The position numbers were made by a program, and so were the translations under genes. The notes beneath the pieces are model-generated. The model saw only the letters and a list, made by a program, of their open reading frames with translations. It was not told the DNA's origin and did not search any database. A stretch of DNA of 64,000 bases from Octopus sinensis (Eukaryota), in contig NC_043004.1 of assembly GCF_006345805.1 (NCBI RefSeq), forward strand, positions 46,748,001 to 46,812,000, in the 5' to 3' direction. Within the stretch, counting starts at the first letter, position 1, and every line of letters starts with the position of its first letter. Below, piece after piece: positions 12,093 through 24,565 of this stretch.

Positions 12093-13839
12093 TACCTGTA
12101 TGACATAATAATCACATCCTTATTTTCATTCCAACGTATTATCGTTTACCATTAAGTCCTTTATGAATAATTGTTTCTTAACCCATTACTGTTGAATGAA
12201 ATTCATTTTTGTTCTGACAGTTAACTGTTCCATGATTCGTTGTTTATTTTATCGTTGAGGTTTTTGGGTCTTACGCTTAATGTGTGGCTGAGTAATTCCA
12301 TAAATGGACACTTTTATATTAGTTGTATTTTATTCACTTTCGCATGAAATTTAGAGCATATTTCTACATCGTCATTTCACTCATTCACACATCCTCTTCG
12401 TTTCTCACTTATATATGTATAATGAGCATGCGTCTCCTTTTCTGCTTCAATCTGTTTGTATGTATGCATATGCGTGTGTATATATGTTTGAACGTAACTT
12501 TGCTTGTTCCTATGATTAAAAATGGATATTGTACTGTGTATTGACATCGCTATGGAATATTTTATTATATACTGCTTCCTTTATCCTTTTCTAATTTCCC
12601 GTATCGAACAAAAAACAATGCCATGATTATCATTGTTTAATACTAGAAGATAATATTATGGAGAATTTCGTGGTATATACGCCTTTTATCATTAACAGAC
12701 CTTTAATAAATGATATTTATTAGAATGAATAGAGTCAATCATTCCATAGAATATTGATTTTTGAAGAAATGAAATATAACAACAAGATGAATTAAGGCAT
12801 CTTCGATTTAAAAAAAAAAATGACATATTACGACGATAACCGAATATTTAGTACATAATGCTAAAAAGTAAAAATGATAATGATATTTAAGTCCATAAAA
12901 AATATAACGCAAACATTAAAAATAAAAAGAAACAGAAAATTGTTTAAAAATTTAAATTTTCTGAACGTAAATTAATATCGGTTTCACATTATGATCTTTA
13001 TTTTTAATCGCCAAATCAAATTGTTTATTAAAAAATACAATGACATTGATGAGCGCGAAACGCCGGAAGACTAGAGAAAACAAATTAAAACTCATCAAAC
13101 TAGATTATAGCGTAGGAAGCAATATCACGTGTTTACAATATGTCCCTTAATTTTTTACTTCGGAAATTATTCAGTGATATTTATGTCAAAAGTGTCATTC
13201 AAATAAATAATAGACAATAAAATAACAATAAAGATTTATATTGTATTTCTTTATAAATGAAATGACACCATTCTCCCTGAATAAATAAATGAATATAAGC
13301 CGTTCATATGTCTATATGCTCTGTACGTAAGTGACTATACGAACAGTACGAACAAAGTATGAACATATGAATTTGCTTGAATTCGAAGAAAACACCTGTA
13401 AAATTTATCAACGGAAATTTACAGAGATTGCCAATAAATTAATTATAAAATGCACTAAGCAAAATAAATCATAAGCAAAATGCACTAAGCAAAATAAAAC
13501 AGATTTGTAACCGTCTATAGTAATATAAATGCTACAAACTGTCATCACAATTTACAATCCGTTTTCTTAGGCAAAAGTATGTATATATTAAAAGTTTTAC
13601 CACGACATTTTTGTTCACCGTCTCAACTATGGATACTTGCGTGTCTACTTATGATATGTCTTCTGCAAGAACGAATGCGGAAGGGTGCGGACTTCGCTGA
13701 GATAAAAATATGGACTTGCAGAAACAGTTTTTACATTTGATAAGCCTACCCTATTGCAGATATGGATAATAACATGTACACACACGCACACACACATATA
13801 TGTAACAGGTACAATATTCTTTTCTAATCTAGGCCCGTT

Positions 13840-14187
13840 CAATTAGATCGACCTCAGTACGCAACTGGTACTTAATTTATCAACCCCGAAAGGATGAAAA
13901 GCAAAGTCGCCCTCGGCAGAATTTGAACTCAGTAAGTAAAATTAGACGAAATACCCATTTCTTTACTACCCACAAGGCGCTAAATGCAAAGAGGACAAAC
14001 AAGGACAGACAAACGGATTAAGTCGATTATATCGACCCCAGTGCGTAACTGGTACTTATTTAATCGACCGCGAAAGGATGAAAGGCAAAGTCGACCTCGG
14101 TGGAATTTGAACTCAGTACGTAACGGCAGACGAAATTCCGCTAAGCATCTCGTCCGGCGTGCTAACGTTTCTGCCAGCTCGCCGCCT
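13840..14187 (-). mobile_element. two abutting OR-like SINEs (partial older copy 13840-13956, full copy 13957-14187)
   Basis: The core GGTACTTA.TT.ATC.ACC.CGAAAGGATGAAA.GCAAAGTCG.CCTCGG occurs twice; the second copy has a complete head (CTGCCAGCTCGCC) and tail (ATTTCTTTACTACCCACAAGG). Confidence 0.8.
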
Positions 14188-14486
14188 TATAACCGATGCA
14201 ATATTGCTTAATGTTATAACTTGTTCAGCGACAACATATATAAAGGAAGTTCATTTCCGTTATATCGAACGGTAATCCATGGTATTTTTGTTCTCTTTAT
14301 CAGATAAACATGATTGGCAGATTTAAAAATACGATGTAAAATAATTTTCTAAATAGAATGTGTTATTTTGTTTGATACACATTAGACATTTCTGAATACA
14401 TTGTCTTTAAACAAAATATGTATTTGGAAACTATATAAAAACTGAAATCCCACGAGAAAATGATTGAAATAAAGATTACGATTCTA

Positions 14487-14718
14487 CGGTAATCCTTCGA
14501 CTCTCGCGAATGTTGCGTTCCAAAACCCCCCGCGATAGGAGAAAATCCACGAAATAGAATCAGCAGCGTACTGCATATTTAAAAAAAAGTAATTTTATGA
14601 TTTGTATATATATATATATTTTATTATAAATGTAAAACAACACCACGCAGGAATCGACGTAAGCTTAAATAATAGAAAAACCGCGACAGATGAAACGCGA
14701 TATCGCGAGGGATTACTG
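14487..14718. mobile_element. Tigger/pogo-type MITE with TA target duplication
   Basis: TA|CGGTAATCCTTCGACTCTCGCG ... CGCGATATCGCGAGGGATTACTG|TA; TIRs of the CAGTAATCCCTCG type. Confidence 0.75.
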
Positions 14719-15441
14719 TATAAATAAACTTTGTGAAAGAATTGTATTAATTTAGAACAAAAGTTTTTCAAAACATGAAATGTTAAGAGTATGAAATAAT
14801 TTCAAGAAATAACCGGTGTAATCTTAAAATAATTGTTGCGATACAAGATGATATTAAAACCACACTGATATACATTGATGAACGTACAAAAAGAAGCATA
14901 AGGAAAAGTGGTGAAATATAAGCGAGGAAGCCCAAGCTTGTTTAATTAAAATAACATAATAAACGATTGAGTACATGAAGTTAATAGAATTTTATATAAG
15001 TAGAAAAGTGAATCACTAGGAAATTACCGGGAAATGACCGGAAATAGAAATATATCAAAATTTAATGACAACAGAGGTAATGTTATAATTGATCAATATC
15101 AGATGAAGGCAGATATATATCGGTAAAAAGCCAAAAAGCTTATAAGGAAACGGAAATAGAGCAAAAATGGAAGATAACAAATAGAGGGAAATAAAAGTAG
15201 AAATTGAAATCAGATAAGAAAGTAAAGAAAGCAAAGAAATATTTTGCAAAAATTTTTTTCATTTTTACCACATATTTCTGAAGATTAGACCGAACGTCTT
15301 ATCGTTGAATCATATGATACTTTTGTCTCTCTTATAAACGTATCTTCCTTTTATAATTATATTTTCTCCAATCATTTTCCTGCCTACAGTAATAGTAGGT
15401 AGGAATATTATATGGAATATATATGGTAGTTTTATCAAACA

Positions 15442-15955
15442 CTAGCAGTATCGCCCGGCGTTGCTCGGGTTTGTAAGGGAAATAACTATATAAGCATTTT
15501 TAGAGAGTTACTTCCCTTATAGATGCCAATTCGGGCTTAGCCATTTCTGTTTTGGTGTCTTCAAGCCATGAAGTCGTTGTTGTAAAAGAACGCTGGTCTC
15601 CTTGACAACGCTTTACGACGTTGATTTCTTTACACTCCCTTCCCCACAGCTTCACGAGGGAGGGAAGAAGGGGGAGAAGCAAACAGGCGCAGGTGTGACC
15701 AAGGACGCCAACTCCGCCGCCATCGACACACGAAAAATGATGCATTAAAATGGAATAAAAAATAATGTTAAATTATTTTTAAAATCGTAGACTTATCGTA
15801 GACGCGCGCTAATACTCAGACGGGCTCGATATGAATCACGACTATAAGATACCCGAATTTGGTTAAACTGAACCGCAAAATGTGGGAGTAGTTAGGAATC
15901 TAAATCGAAGGGGACAGACACTCACACAACTACAGTTTTATATATATATATATAA
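15442..15955 (-). mobile_element. non-autonomous Helitron-type element
   Basis: Minus-strand 3' end has hairpin CCCGAGCAACGCCGGG followed by CGATACTG-CTAG|T. The 5' end is (TA)n-AAAACTGTAGTTGTGTGAGTGTCTGTCCC, comparable to the start of the 61583 element. Confidence 0.7.
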
Positions 15956-16529
15956 TGCTTGTTTCTTAACGGAGCAGAAGAGCAAAAAATTATGAAGGAA
16001 GTGACGATGACATTACCAGTGACTCTAATGCTTGACTGTATGTTAATGTATCGAGCTAAAGAGAATTAACATTAGATTTAACTGCCGTGATATTTCAACT
16101 CAGAATTTTTTAAAAATTAAAATAAATTTTCAGGCAATTTTCAACAATAAAACGATTGATAAAGCTTGCAAAATTACAACAATTTCATAACAGGAAATAT
16201 GTGAAAAAGAAGCATGATTCTGAACCTTTATATTTTTCAGTTTGTCTTTCGAGACCTTTCAAATAAGTGTTGATCTATGCAAACTGAATATACAGTGTGT
16301 TCCAGCAATCCATTTTTCATAAACAGCTCGATATATTGTTTAAGTCAACAGCGACGAAGGGCATAAAAGTAAAGTTGTAGTTGAGAAAATGTTAACTAAT
16401 ATGCAGGAGTAAACGGCACCTCAGTGTTAGAAAATTTTACTAGTATCATGTAGGTTCCCACCGGATATCAAAATGCTGACGTTATGACTGCTGCTGATAT
16501 TTTGTGAGCATCTTAAAATCTGTAAGGCG

Positions 16530-16979
16530 TATCATGGAAATCATGAAAACCAAGTTCCACACACTGTGATGAAAATCTGGTATATCTTTAGTGAGGGTGA
16601 TAGAGTCCCATATCTTAGGCCCAATCTGAATTGGCTATATGTAGCTTTTGGAATCCGTGGTATAACCTGACTAGAGGAAGTAGCTGCTCAACGGCCATGT
16701 CTGTAGCAGTAGTCTTCCGCTGCCTGCCATACATCATGAAAGACTATTTGTCGGAGAATTTCCATGAGTTCACCAGAACCAATTCCTCACCATCACATTA
16801 CGCCGCATTTGAAAACGACATCAACCGTTGAATCTTGAACACCAAAGACAATCTGTTGTTAAACATCAAGGATGTGTTCCAAGATCTACCCTGAGACACA
16901 TTGAGAAACGCAAGCTCCAGGGTTTGGAGCCAGCCATATTGTTGACCTGGTGGAAGCTGAGGAAGGCTACTTTGAGTAA
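16530..16979 (+). pseudogene. Tc1/mariner transposase relic, probably maT/DD37D-like
   Basis: Frameshifted pieces MKTKF, HTVMKIWYIFSEGDRVP, EVAAQRPCL*Q*SSAACHTS*KT (cf. VAAGRPYVWQQDSAPCHTS), LSENFHEF, NTKDNLLLNIKDVFQDLP and LVEAEEGYFE*. Confidence 0.7.
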
Positions 16980-17720
16980 ACTGTTATTGCCCAAAAATAA
17001 TCTATTTGATATTATTCACATTTTCAAATACTTCTATTTTTGAATGAGATATTATACTTTCTGTATACATACATACGCGCACACACATGCGGTTAAACAA
17101 ACACACATAAATGGTTACACAAACACATGCATATCTTTATATATACAGACATATACATGCGCATTCAATCTTCAAACATTATGTACATCCCAAAAGTATG
17201 ACTCGATTTAATTTTCATCTACTTTACGTCCAGCTGGAATGAAAATAGAAATATTGCGATAAGAACATCTATATGTCACTATGAAGAATTATATGCAAAT
17301 AAAGTACTCAATATTTGAAAAGGACAATTATGCATCAAGTAACATTGTTTTTCTTTTCTTTTATTAGCTTTGTCTTTCAAAAATTTCTCCATTATTAATA
17401 CTTCCCTTGCAAATGAATAAATCTGGCAGAATATCCTATCTACTACTCGGTAGCTCTCAGTATTAAACATATTTATAAAACTGACCAAGAGGATGTTTGC
17501 TACGGAAATAACTCACAGAAGTCATTCATTGTGCGTTTTCTTTTAAAGTTTTATACAATAGCTAAACAAGAAGGAATTACATAGAGTACTTTGAACATAT
17601 ATATATATATATAACTTACTTAGAAGACGGTACGTGGCGTTGAATTATATTTAATATAAGTAATATATACGCAAATATGCACATACACATGCGTATATGT
17701 ACATACCTACATCTATAGTG

Positions 17721-17775
<55 letters not shown>

Positions 17776-17780
17776 ATAAG

Positions 17781-18442
17781 CATATGTGGGCACAGAACGT
17801 CACGAAATGTGTTCCATTTAAAATTAGGAAGTACATGGAAAATGAACTATTTTTTCGGACAACGAAATCACAGATAGAAAGCAAGACAATCAACATTAAG
17901 AACGACCATCCATCGGCTGTTGGCTGTTTGTCTACTCTCGTATTTCGAGCATTTAACAACAATATACGCTTTCGATAAAACACTTGCTCCTGCGCAGCAA
18001 ATTAAATAAGATTTGGGATTTTGCAGATGGTCAAAACCGTAACACAAACAGGACAGTGAAAACAAACAGAAAGGGCTTCTAACCCTAAACGAAGTTGTGG
18101 TTGCGAACACCTAAATCAAGCTTGGACAAGAGACAAACAAGAACATATCTTCCTTGTTCCAGCTACAACAGAAAGAAAAAACACAATATAGAAGAAAGAT
18201 GGCTGATGGTCACGTTGGAGTCACGTGAGCAAGGGAGGAGAAGTGAGGGAGAGAGTGACAGCGTAATAGGATAGAATAGTGGGAGGAGATGAGGTAAATG
18301 AATAACAGAGAGAAAGAAAGAAAAACGAAAGAGTGAAAAGACTGTATAGTGTGCGCACCAGAATTATTAAGATGGAACTTACTTAGTAGAGGATGCGTAG
18401 CGTTTAATCATATAAGAATATACATAATATATATACATATAT

Positions 18443-18496
<54 letters not shown>

Positions 18497-18524
18497 ATAT
18501 ATATAATATATATATATATAATAT

Positions 18525-18558
<34 letters not shown>

Positions 18559-18588
18559 CATGCATACGTACATACTTACATATATACG

Positions 18589-18627
<39 letters not shown>

Positions 18628-18746
18628 GTGGGCACGGCACGTCTCGAAGCGTGTACAACAAAAAGTTTTCGAAGTACATGTACATGGAAAATGAACTACA
18701 TTTTTGGACAACAAAACAAGACAAACAACATAAAGAACGACTCTTC

Positions 18747-18748
<2 letters not shown>
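17781..18748. repeat. diverged direct repeats (17781-17915 and 18623-18748) enclosing a purine-rich segment and (TA)n
   Basis: Both copies contain CATATGTGGGCAC.G.ACGT, GTACATGGAAAATGAACTA.TTTTT.GGACAAC and AAGAACGAC. Confidence 0.7.
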
Positions 18749-18778
<30 letters not shown>

Positions 18779-19285
18779 ATGCGTGTGTGTGTGTGTGTGC
18801 GTGTGTGTTTGTCTTTGTATATGTATATATATACATGTGCATATAAATATTTATATATATATGTCTGTGTGTATGTGTGTGTAAAAGCATGTATGAACAT
18901 GTATTTATATAAAGTAACACGCACACACTCACATATATATGCAATACATATATACAGGCATATCCACACTCCCACATACTCACACAGACGCACATACACA
19001 CATATGTGTGTTTCAGTGTTATCGGGATGCTACGTTGTAACCCCGTCTCTTCATCACATTTTTATGGTACACCAAATCTATTGAAGTTGCAAATAATTCC
19101 ACGTGGAAGTAGCATTAAGATGTGGGCCAAACTATTGTATGTAGTGTAATAGGTCATAGTGCTAGGTCTTATAACAAAGGGCCGCCTTTTCTAATAAGTA
19201 AGATCTAAAAGTTCTCGGATTCGTCAGGTCCTTCTTTGAAAGGAAATTGTTTCGTGACGTCGTACACTAGGAAATCGCTTTGGGA

Positions 19286-19337
<52 letters not shown>

Positions 19338-19390
19338 TGTGGTGTGTGTGTGTGTGTGTGTGTGTGTGTCTCTGTGTGTATGTATGTATA

Positions 19391-19436
<46 letters not shown>

Positions 19437-19488
19437 ATATACATATATATATAGAAACACAGACGCGCACACATATGTATGTGATACA

Positions 19489-19552
<64 letters not shown>

Positions 19553-20194
19553 TATATATACATATAAACATATATGTGTAAACGCATATACACGCACGCA
19601 TATATGTATATGATATATATGTATATATTTCTTTTATTAGACGGCTTCTTTTATCTTTGTTTCTCTTTTTTCTTTCATATTCCTCTCTTTTTTTATTTTC
19701 GTCCTTTGAAAGCATGCCAAATTGGCAACCACTGAAGAGTAAGAATTTCGATAGAGAAGTTGGATTCACTGGTTTTATTAATAACCATTTCGCCGATTCT
19801 GCATTGAAGATGGTCGGACGTTACGACGCAAGGAAATTAAATTGTAACGCAATTGATTTGGATAGAGTGTGTCTTTCTACTTTAGACTAAGCTTTCATAC
19901 CATACAAGTGTGTATGTGTGTTTGTGAATGTTATGTTGTGAATGTTATGAATAAATGTATGTCTGTACGTATTTGTTCGTGTGTGTATATGTGTGTACTT
20001 GAGGTATGTAATCGTTTTACTGAGACATAAATTGTAGGCAGCAGAAATATCATAGCTGCTGATATTTCAATTCACCACGTCGTTGAAGATGCTGTTAGTG
20101 TCGATGTTGCCTATCATATTGATGAACATTGTCATAATCATGACATTGATGAGGAGGATTAAATGTCCTGTTGTTGCGCCCATTGATATGATGA

Positions 20195-20283
20195 TGATGA
20201 AATTGAGGTGCAAGAAGATGATGTTTATGCTGCTGTTGTTGCTGTTCTAGTTCTTGATGATGATAACGATAATGATCTAACAT

Positions 20284-20319
<36 letters not shown>

Positions 20320-20400
20320 AATCATAATCATCATCATCATCATCATAATCATCATCATCATTATCATCATCATCATTATCATTATCACCACCACCACCAT
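20195..20400. repeat. (TGA)n/(ATC)n/(ACC)n trinucleotide microsatellite
   Basis: Direct reading; source of the poly-Met ORF at 20095-20502. Confidence 0.9.
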
Positions 20401-20576
20401 TTTCCGAATGGCCCGTCCTCTTTTTCTTTGTATCGTCTTTCTGGATGTTTTGTTATCCCTTTTTTGTATCACCTGTCTGGATGTTTTGCGTTCTTGTCCC
20501 ATTTTGCATTTTTTATATAATATATATATTTAGAGGGAGAGAGAGAGAGAGGGAGAGAGTGAGAAATTTATAGCAC

Positions 20577-20729
20577 CCCTAAAATTCACTCCATAATTGC
20601 CCACGGGCATATAGAGCAGATCGCGGGCTACTAACCCCCAAATTCCGAGTTCGTTTCCAGGCAGTGACCTGAATAATAATAATAATATTAATAATAATAA
20701 TAATAGTAATAATAATAATAATAATAATA

Positions 20730-20770
<41 letters not shown>

Positions 20771-20870
20771 GCAACAATAACAACAACAACAACAGGTACA
20801 TCAGCCGAAACGTTGTGTTACCAATAGACAAGATGAGGACAAATATCCGTCAAGTGTAAATAATATATAT
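20577..20870 (+). mobile_element. Penelope-linked pseudo-LTR fragment: 36-bp segment, tRNA-like head, (AAT)n(AAC)n and 3' half of a hammerhead
   Basis: 20577-20612 matches 23004-23039 (2 mismatches in 36), which directly follows a Penelope endonuclease ORF. Then GGGCTACTAACCC (anticodon-arm-like), GAGTTCGTTTCC (B box, 20647-20658), the microsatellite, and ATCAGCC-GAAA-CG-TT-GTGTTA. Confidence 0.55.
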
Positions 20871-20879
20871 ATATATATA

Positions 20880-22131
20880 CAGGGTTTGGACAAAATAATG
20901 GAAACACCCAGCATCATGATTTTGAAATATCTATAAAACCGTCAAAAGCTTGTTTTTTATGGTTGTTTTTATTCATTATTAGTGTTGCGTAAGATGTTTT
21001 GCTAAAATTTCCGTTTCTTTTCAGATATCACCAGAAGAAGGTAATTAGACTTCATTAAAATAACAAATCTATCGGACTTTCAAAGAGGTCAAATTGTTGG
21101 GGCTCGTATGGCAGATGCTAGCGTAATGAAAGCAGCCGAAATACTTGGTGTATCAAGAAGTATTGTCTCGAAAGTAATGACAGTTTCTGAGAGAGAGGGA
21201 AAATCTCGTCGAAGCAAAATTCCAGATGCAAACCAAAACTTTCACATATGGACCATCGGACTCTTACGCAAATTGTTAGAAAGGCTCACAAAAGTACAGC
21301 TCTGAAAATTACTGCAGAGCTTAATCACCACCTCAAGAACCGAGTTTCCACAAAAAAATTTTCGCCGGGAGTTACACGAAGCTGGATTTTACGGGAGGTC
21401 TGCAATCAGAAACCCACTACTTTCAAAAACAAACGTTTCAAAGCATTTAGAGTGGAGTAAAAACCTATAGAATTGATCTCTAAGCAGTGGAAGAATGTTA
21501 TTTTCTCGGATGAGTCATCCTTTACTTTATTTCCTACTACGGGCCAGATATACATGTGTGGAAACAGCCCAAAAAGCATATGACCCAGATTGCCTTCTTC
21601 CAGCTGTTAAACATGGAGGAGGATCTGTGATGATCGGGGTGGGGGCTATAGCTGGAAATCCGCCGGACCTTCATGGCAGAATTAATGGTCAAGACTATTT
21701 AAGCATTTTATCTGATCAAATTCTTCCTTTGGTTGCGGGACTATTTTCGGAGGGAAACGCAATCCTTCAGGATGATAATGCACCAATTCACACAGCTAAA
21801 GTTGTTACTGAATGGCACAAGGAATATTCTAGTGAAGTTGAACATCTTATCTAGCGACCACAGTCCCCAGATCTCAATATTGTTGAAAATTTATACTTAC
21901 ATTTTAGAAAAACAAGGAGTCGATATCCTCGCCATAATCACTACAACTGGGGACTGTTTTAGCTGAAGAATCGACAAAAATTCCCTTGGAAACAATTCAG
22001 ACTTTATACGAGTCCATACCTCGTAGAATGCGTGCAGTAATTACTGCCAAAGGCGGTTCTACCGCATATTAAAATAAAATTGTTTGAAATTTTAAGGCGT
22101 TTCCATTACATGAATACTTGTCCAACCTAAG
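20880..22131 (+). mobile_element. Tc1-family DNA transposon, full length, decayed
   Basis: TA|CAGGGTTTGGACAAAATAATGGAAACACC on the left; GGCGTTTCCATTA...TTGTCCAACCTAAG|TA on the right. Encloses a transposase pseudogene. Confidence 0.9.
21060..22072 (+). pseudogene. Tc1 DD34E transposase pseudogene
   Basis: (ATA for ATG) TNLSDFQRGQIVGARMADASVMKAAEILGVSRSIVSKVM, FSDESSFTLFPTTG, AYDPDCLLPAVKHGGGSVMI, ILQDDNAPIHTAK, *RPQSPDLNIVE, YESIPRRMRAVITAKGGSTAY*. Several frameshifts and stops. Confidence 0.92.
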
Positions 22132-22659
22132 TATTCATATATATATATATATATTGCACTATATTCAGAAACTTACACATCTTTGTGAATAAAATAGTAT
22201 TAATGTCGTGTAAATTTAAGTATGCACAGTAGTGAAACACCTACGAATATGTACAGATGAGAATATAGAAATTTATTGCGCGATGCATGTATTGGTTATT
22301 CTATAACGAGATGCATATTTGGAATACGACCATCCACTCTCACGATTTTTCTCCACACTCGACTAAATTTTGATATATTTACTTCCGTAGAGCATTTATT
22401 TATGTACATTCACTTTCATTTTTATTGGTACTTGGAAAAAGACGATATGTTTCATTTGCAATTAGATTAATGATAACAGAATTTTACACAGAGACATTAT
22501 GTTTACAATGAATTCAAGGTGTTAGACGTCTTATATTAAAAATATCTCGTTTGTGATTTCATAAATATCTTATCCATAATACTAAAAAGTTAAGATAAAT
22601 AACTAAGCAACACTGAAGCCAACTTTATGCTAACAAAAAAAGCCAAAAGATGCAAGATA

Positions 22660-23050
22660 TTTTTTCTTTTATACTTGCTGATACCATGCAGCTGTGGTAG
22701 GTTATACAAAGGTGAAAATGTTGCCACCCTCAAAACAAGGATAGATGAACAGAGCAAAGCTGTGACACGAGGAGATATTGATAAATCGGGTATAGCTGAT
22801 CAAACGTGGAGAAATGGAGATCACCTCCTCATGTGTGATGAAGTTAAAATTAGTGACAGAGAACACAATTGGAAAATTCGAAAACTAAAAGAAGCAACAC
22901 ATATACTAGGACACAGCAACCTCCTAAGCAGACCGAGTGCTTATATGAGTGGCATATTGGAACCCGTATTCAGGAAGCCAGGATAATATTAGATATTCAT
23001 AAGCCCTAAAATGCATTCCATAATTGCCCACGGGCATATGGCGTAGTGAT
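22660..23050 (+). pseudogene. Penelope-like element 3' end: GIY-YIG endonuclease relic plus start of pseudo-LTR
   Basis: IPCSCGRLYKGE..TLKTRIDEQ...KSGIADQTWRNGDH...DEVKISDREHNWKIRKLKEATHI...LSRPS fits the PLE GIY-YIG pattern (IPCxCGxxYxGET, RxxEH, SxIAxH, RKxKEAxxI). Stop codon at 22986. Confidence 0.85.
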
Positions 23051-23059
23051 CTGAAAGGA

Positions 23060-23828
23060 TGCCCTGAGTTAAGCAGCGCTCAAGCTCCAAATGGATAAGT
23101 GTAGCGAATCACTCCTTCGTAGGATGTGTGGCAGCAGAAACGAAACAATATCACATATTGTAAGGGACTGCAGCCAGCTGGCCCAAAAGCACTACAAAAG
23201 GAGGCACGATTACGCAGCTGAGTTTGTCCACTGGAGACTATGTGAAAAGTACGGCCAGAAGAGAGCACGGAAATAGTACGAATGGGAACCAGAAGGAATC
23301 ACCGAGAACAAGGAATAAAAGATACTGTAGAATTTTACAATCCAATGTGACTTAATCTATGTTCCGAAAGCAGATATTGTCATGGTAGATAAAGAGAAAA
23401 AAGGAAATCAATATTATAGATATTGCAATACCTGGGGATGAACGTATAATTGACCAAAACTAGAAATGATTGAAAAATATAGACTACTAAATGACGAAAT
23501 ATCAACAATGCAGACTATAAGGAAAGTGTCTGTCACTCTAGGAGCTGTAGGGGCACTCCGAGCACTAAGAACCAAGTGCGAGAAATATGTCAGAGAAATC
23601 AGAAATGGCATGAGCACAGAGCAAGCCAAAAAAGCTGCTCTGCCGGAGACAGCTAGGATTTTGAGATTGGTACTTTCATGTTGAATGTCTCCCTTGATAA
23701 TTAAACAACCAAGTGTCGAAGCTTATAATGTGCGGAAGGGAAACTGTAAGACCTCTAACAGCAGGCTGCAGTCCGCTGTCACATAATCTACCAGAACAAA
23801 GAAGGCCGAGCGTTCTGTGAAGTAAAAG
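23060..23828 (+). pseudogene. R4/Dong-clade (RLE-type) LINE 3' fragment
   Basis: CCHC knuckle RMCGSRNETISHIVRDCSQLAQKHYKRRHD, VHWRLCEKYG, *YEWEPEG, KADIVMVDKEK..IIDIAIPGD (PD-(D/E)xK RLE), EKYRLL, GAVGAL, ETARILRLVL*. The 3' UTR ends in (GAT)n. Confidence 0.85.
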
Positions 23829-23829
23829 A

Positions 23830-23868
<39 letters not shown>

Positions 23869-23957
23869 GTGAGGGTGATGAAGATGATGATGATGATGAT
23901 GATGGTGGTGGTGATGATGATGATGATGATGATGCTGATGACGATGATGATGATGAC

Positions 23958-24030
<73 letters not shown>
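23829..24030. repeat. (GAT)n/(GGT)n microsatellite tail of the preceding LINE
   Basis: Direct reading; source of the poly-M, poly-H and poly-I ORFs. Confidence 0.95.
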
Positions 24031-24334
24031 ATTCCTCCTACACCAGACACAGTGGAATGTACCAGATGGATATTGAGTGAGCTGCAAATGAAATAGGCTG
24101 GCACACATTTACGGGTGAGATGGGAGGAAATTAAGTGGCTTGTTGATAGCCACCACCCACTGTTCTGTCCAGTAATGGAAGTTTTGGCCTCATGACCACG
24201 ATCACCCCACATTAACCGCTAGATCACACAAACAGACACTAATGTACTGATTTGAAGAAATCTAAAAGATGGAAACTAACGTATTCCACATCAGACGCAT
24301 GGCAGCTTCATACCAATATTTAAAATATTTAAAT

Positions 24335-24565
24335 GGTGGCGAGCTGGCAGAATCGTTAGCACGCCAGACGAATTGCGTAGCCGTACTTCGTCTGCCGTTA
24401 GGTTCTGGGTTCAAATTCCGCCGAGGTTGAATTTGCCTTTCATCCTTTCGGGGTCGATAAATTAAGGACCATGTACGCACTGGGGTCGATATAATCGACT
24501 TAATCCGTTTGTCTGTCCGTGTTTGTCCCCTCTGTGTTTAGCCCCTTGTGGGTAGTAAAGAAATA
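24335..24565 (+). mobile_element. OR-like tRNA-derived SINE, full length
   Basis: GGTGGCGAGCTGGCAGAATCGTTAGC ... GGGTTCAAATTCCGCC ... GGGTAGTAAAGAAATA. AATATTTAAAATAT is repeated on both flanks (24315-24328 and 24566-24579) and is a possible TSD. Confidence 0.88.

Noticed and set aside
13040-13070. TTGATGA-GCGC-GAAA-CGC
   Set aside because: First core base is wrong, stem II is too short, and there is no NUH triplet or stem I.
18349-19769. Many ORFs rich in YI/CV/TH dipeptides (also near 6492, 9502, 10989, 25770, 33535, 34785 and 38390)
   Set aside because: Translations of (TA)n, (TG)n and (CA)n microsatellites; not genes.
23676-24212. Poly-Met, poly-His and poly-Ile ORFs (also 20095-20502 and 41257-41601)
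   Set aside because: Translations of (GAT)n, (ATC)n and (TAA)n tracts.
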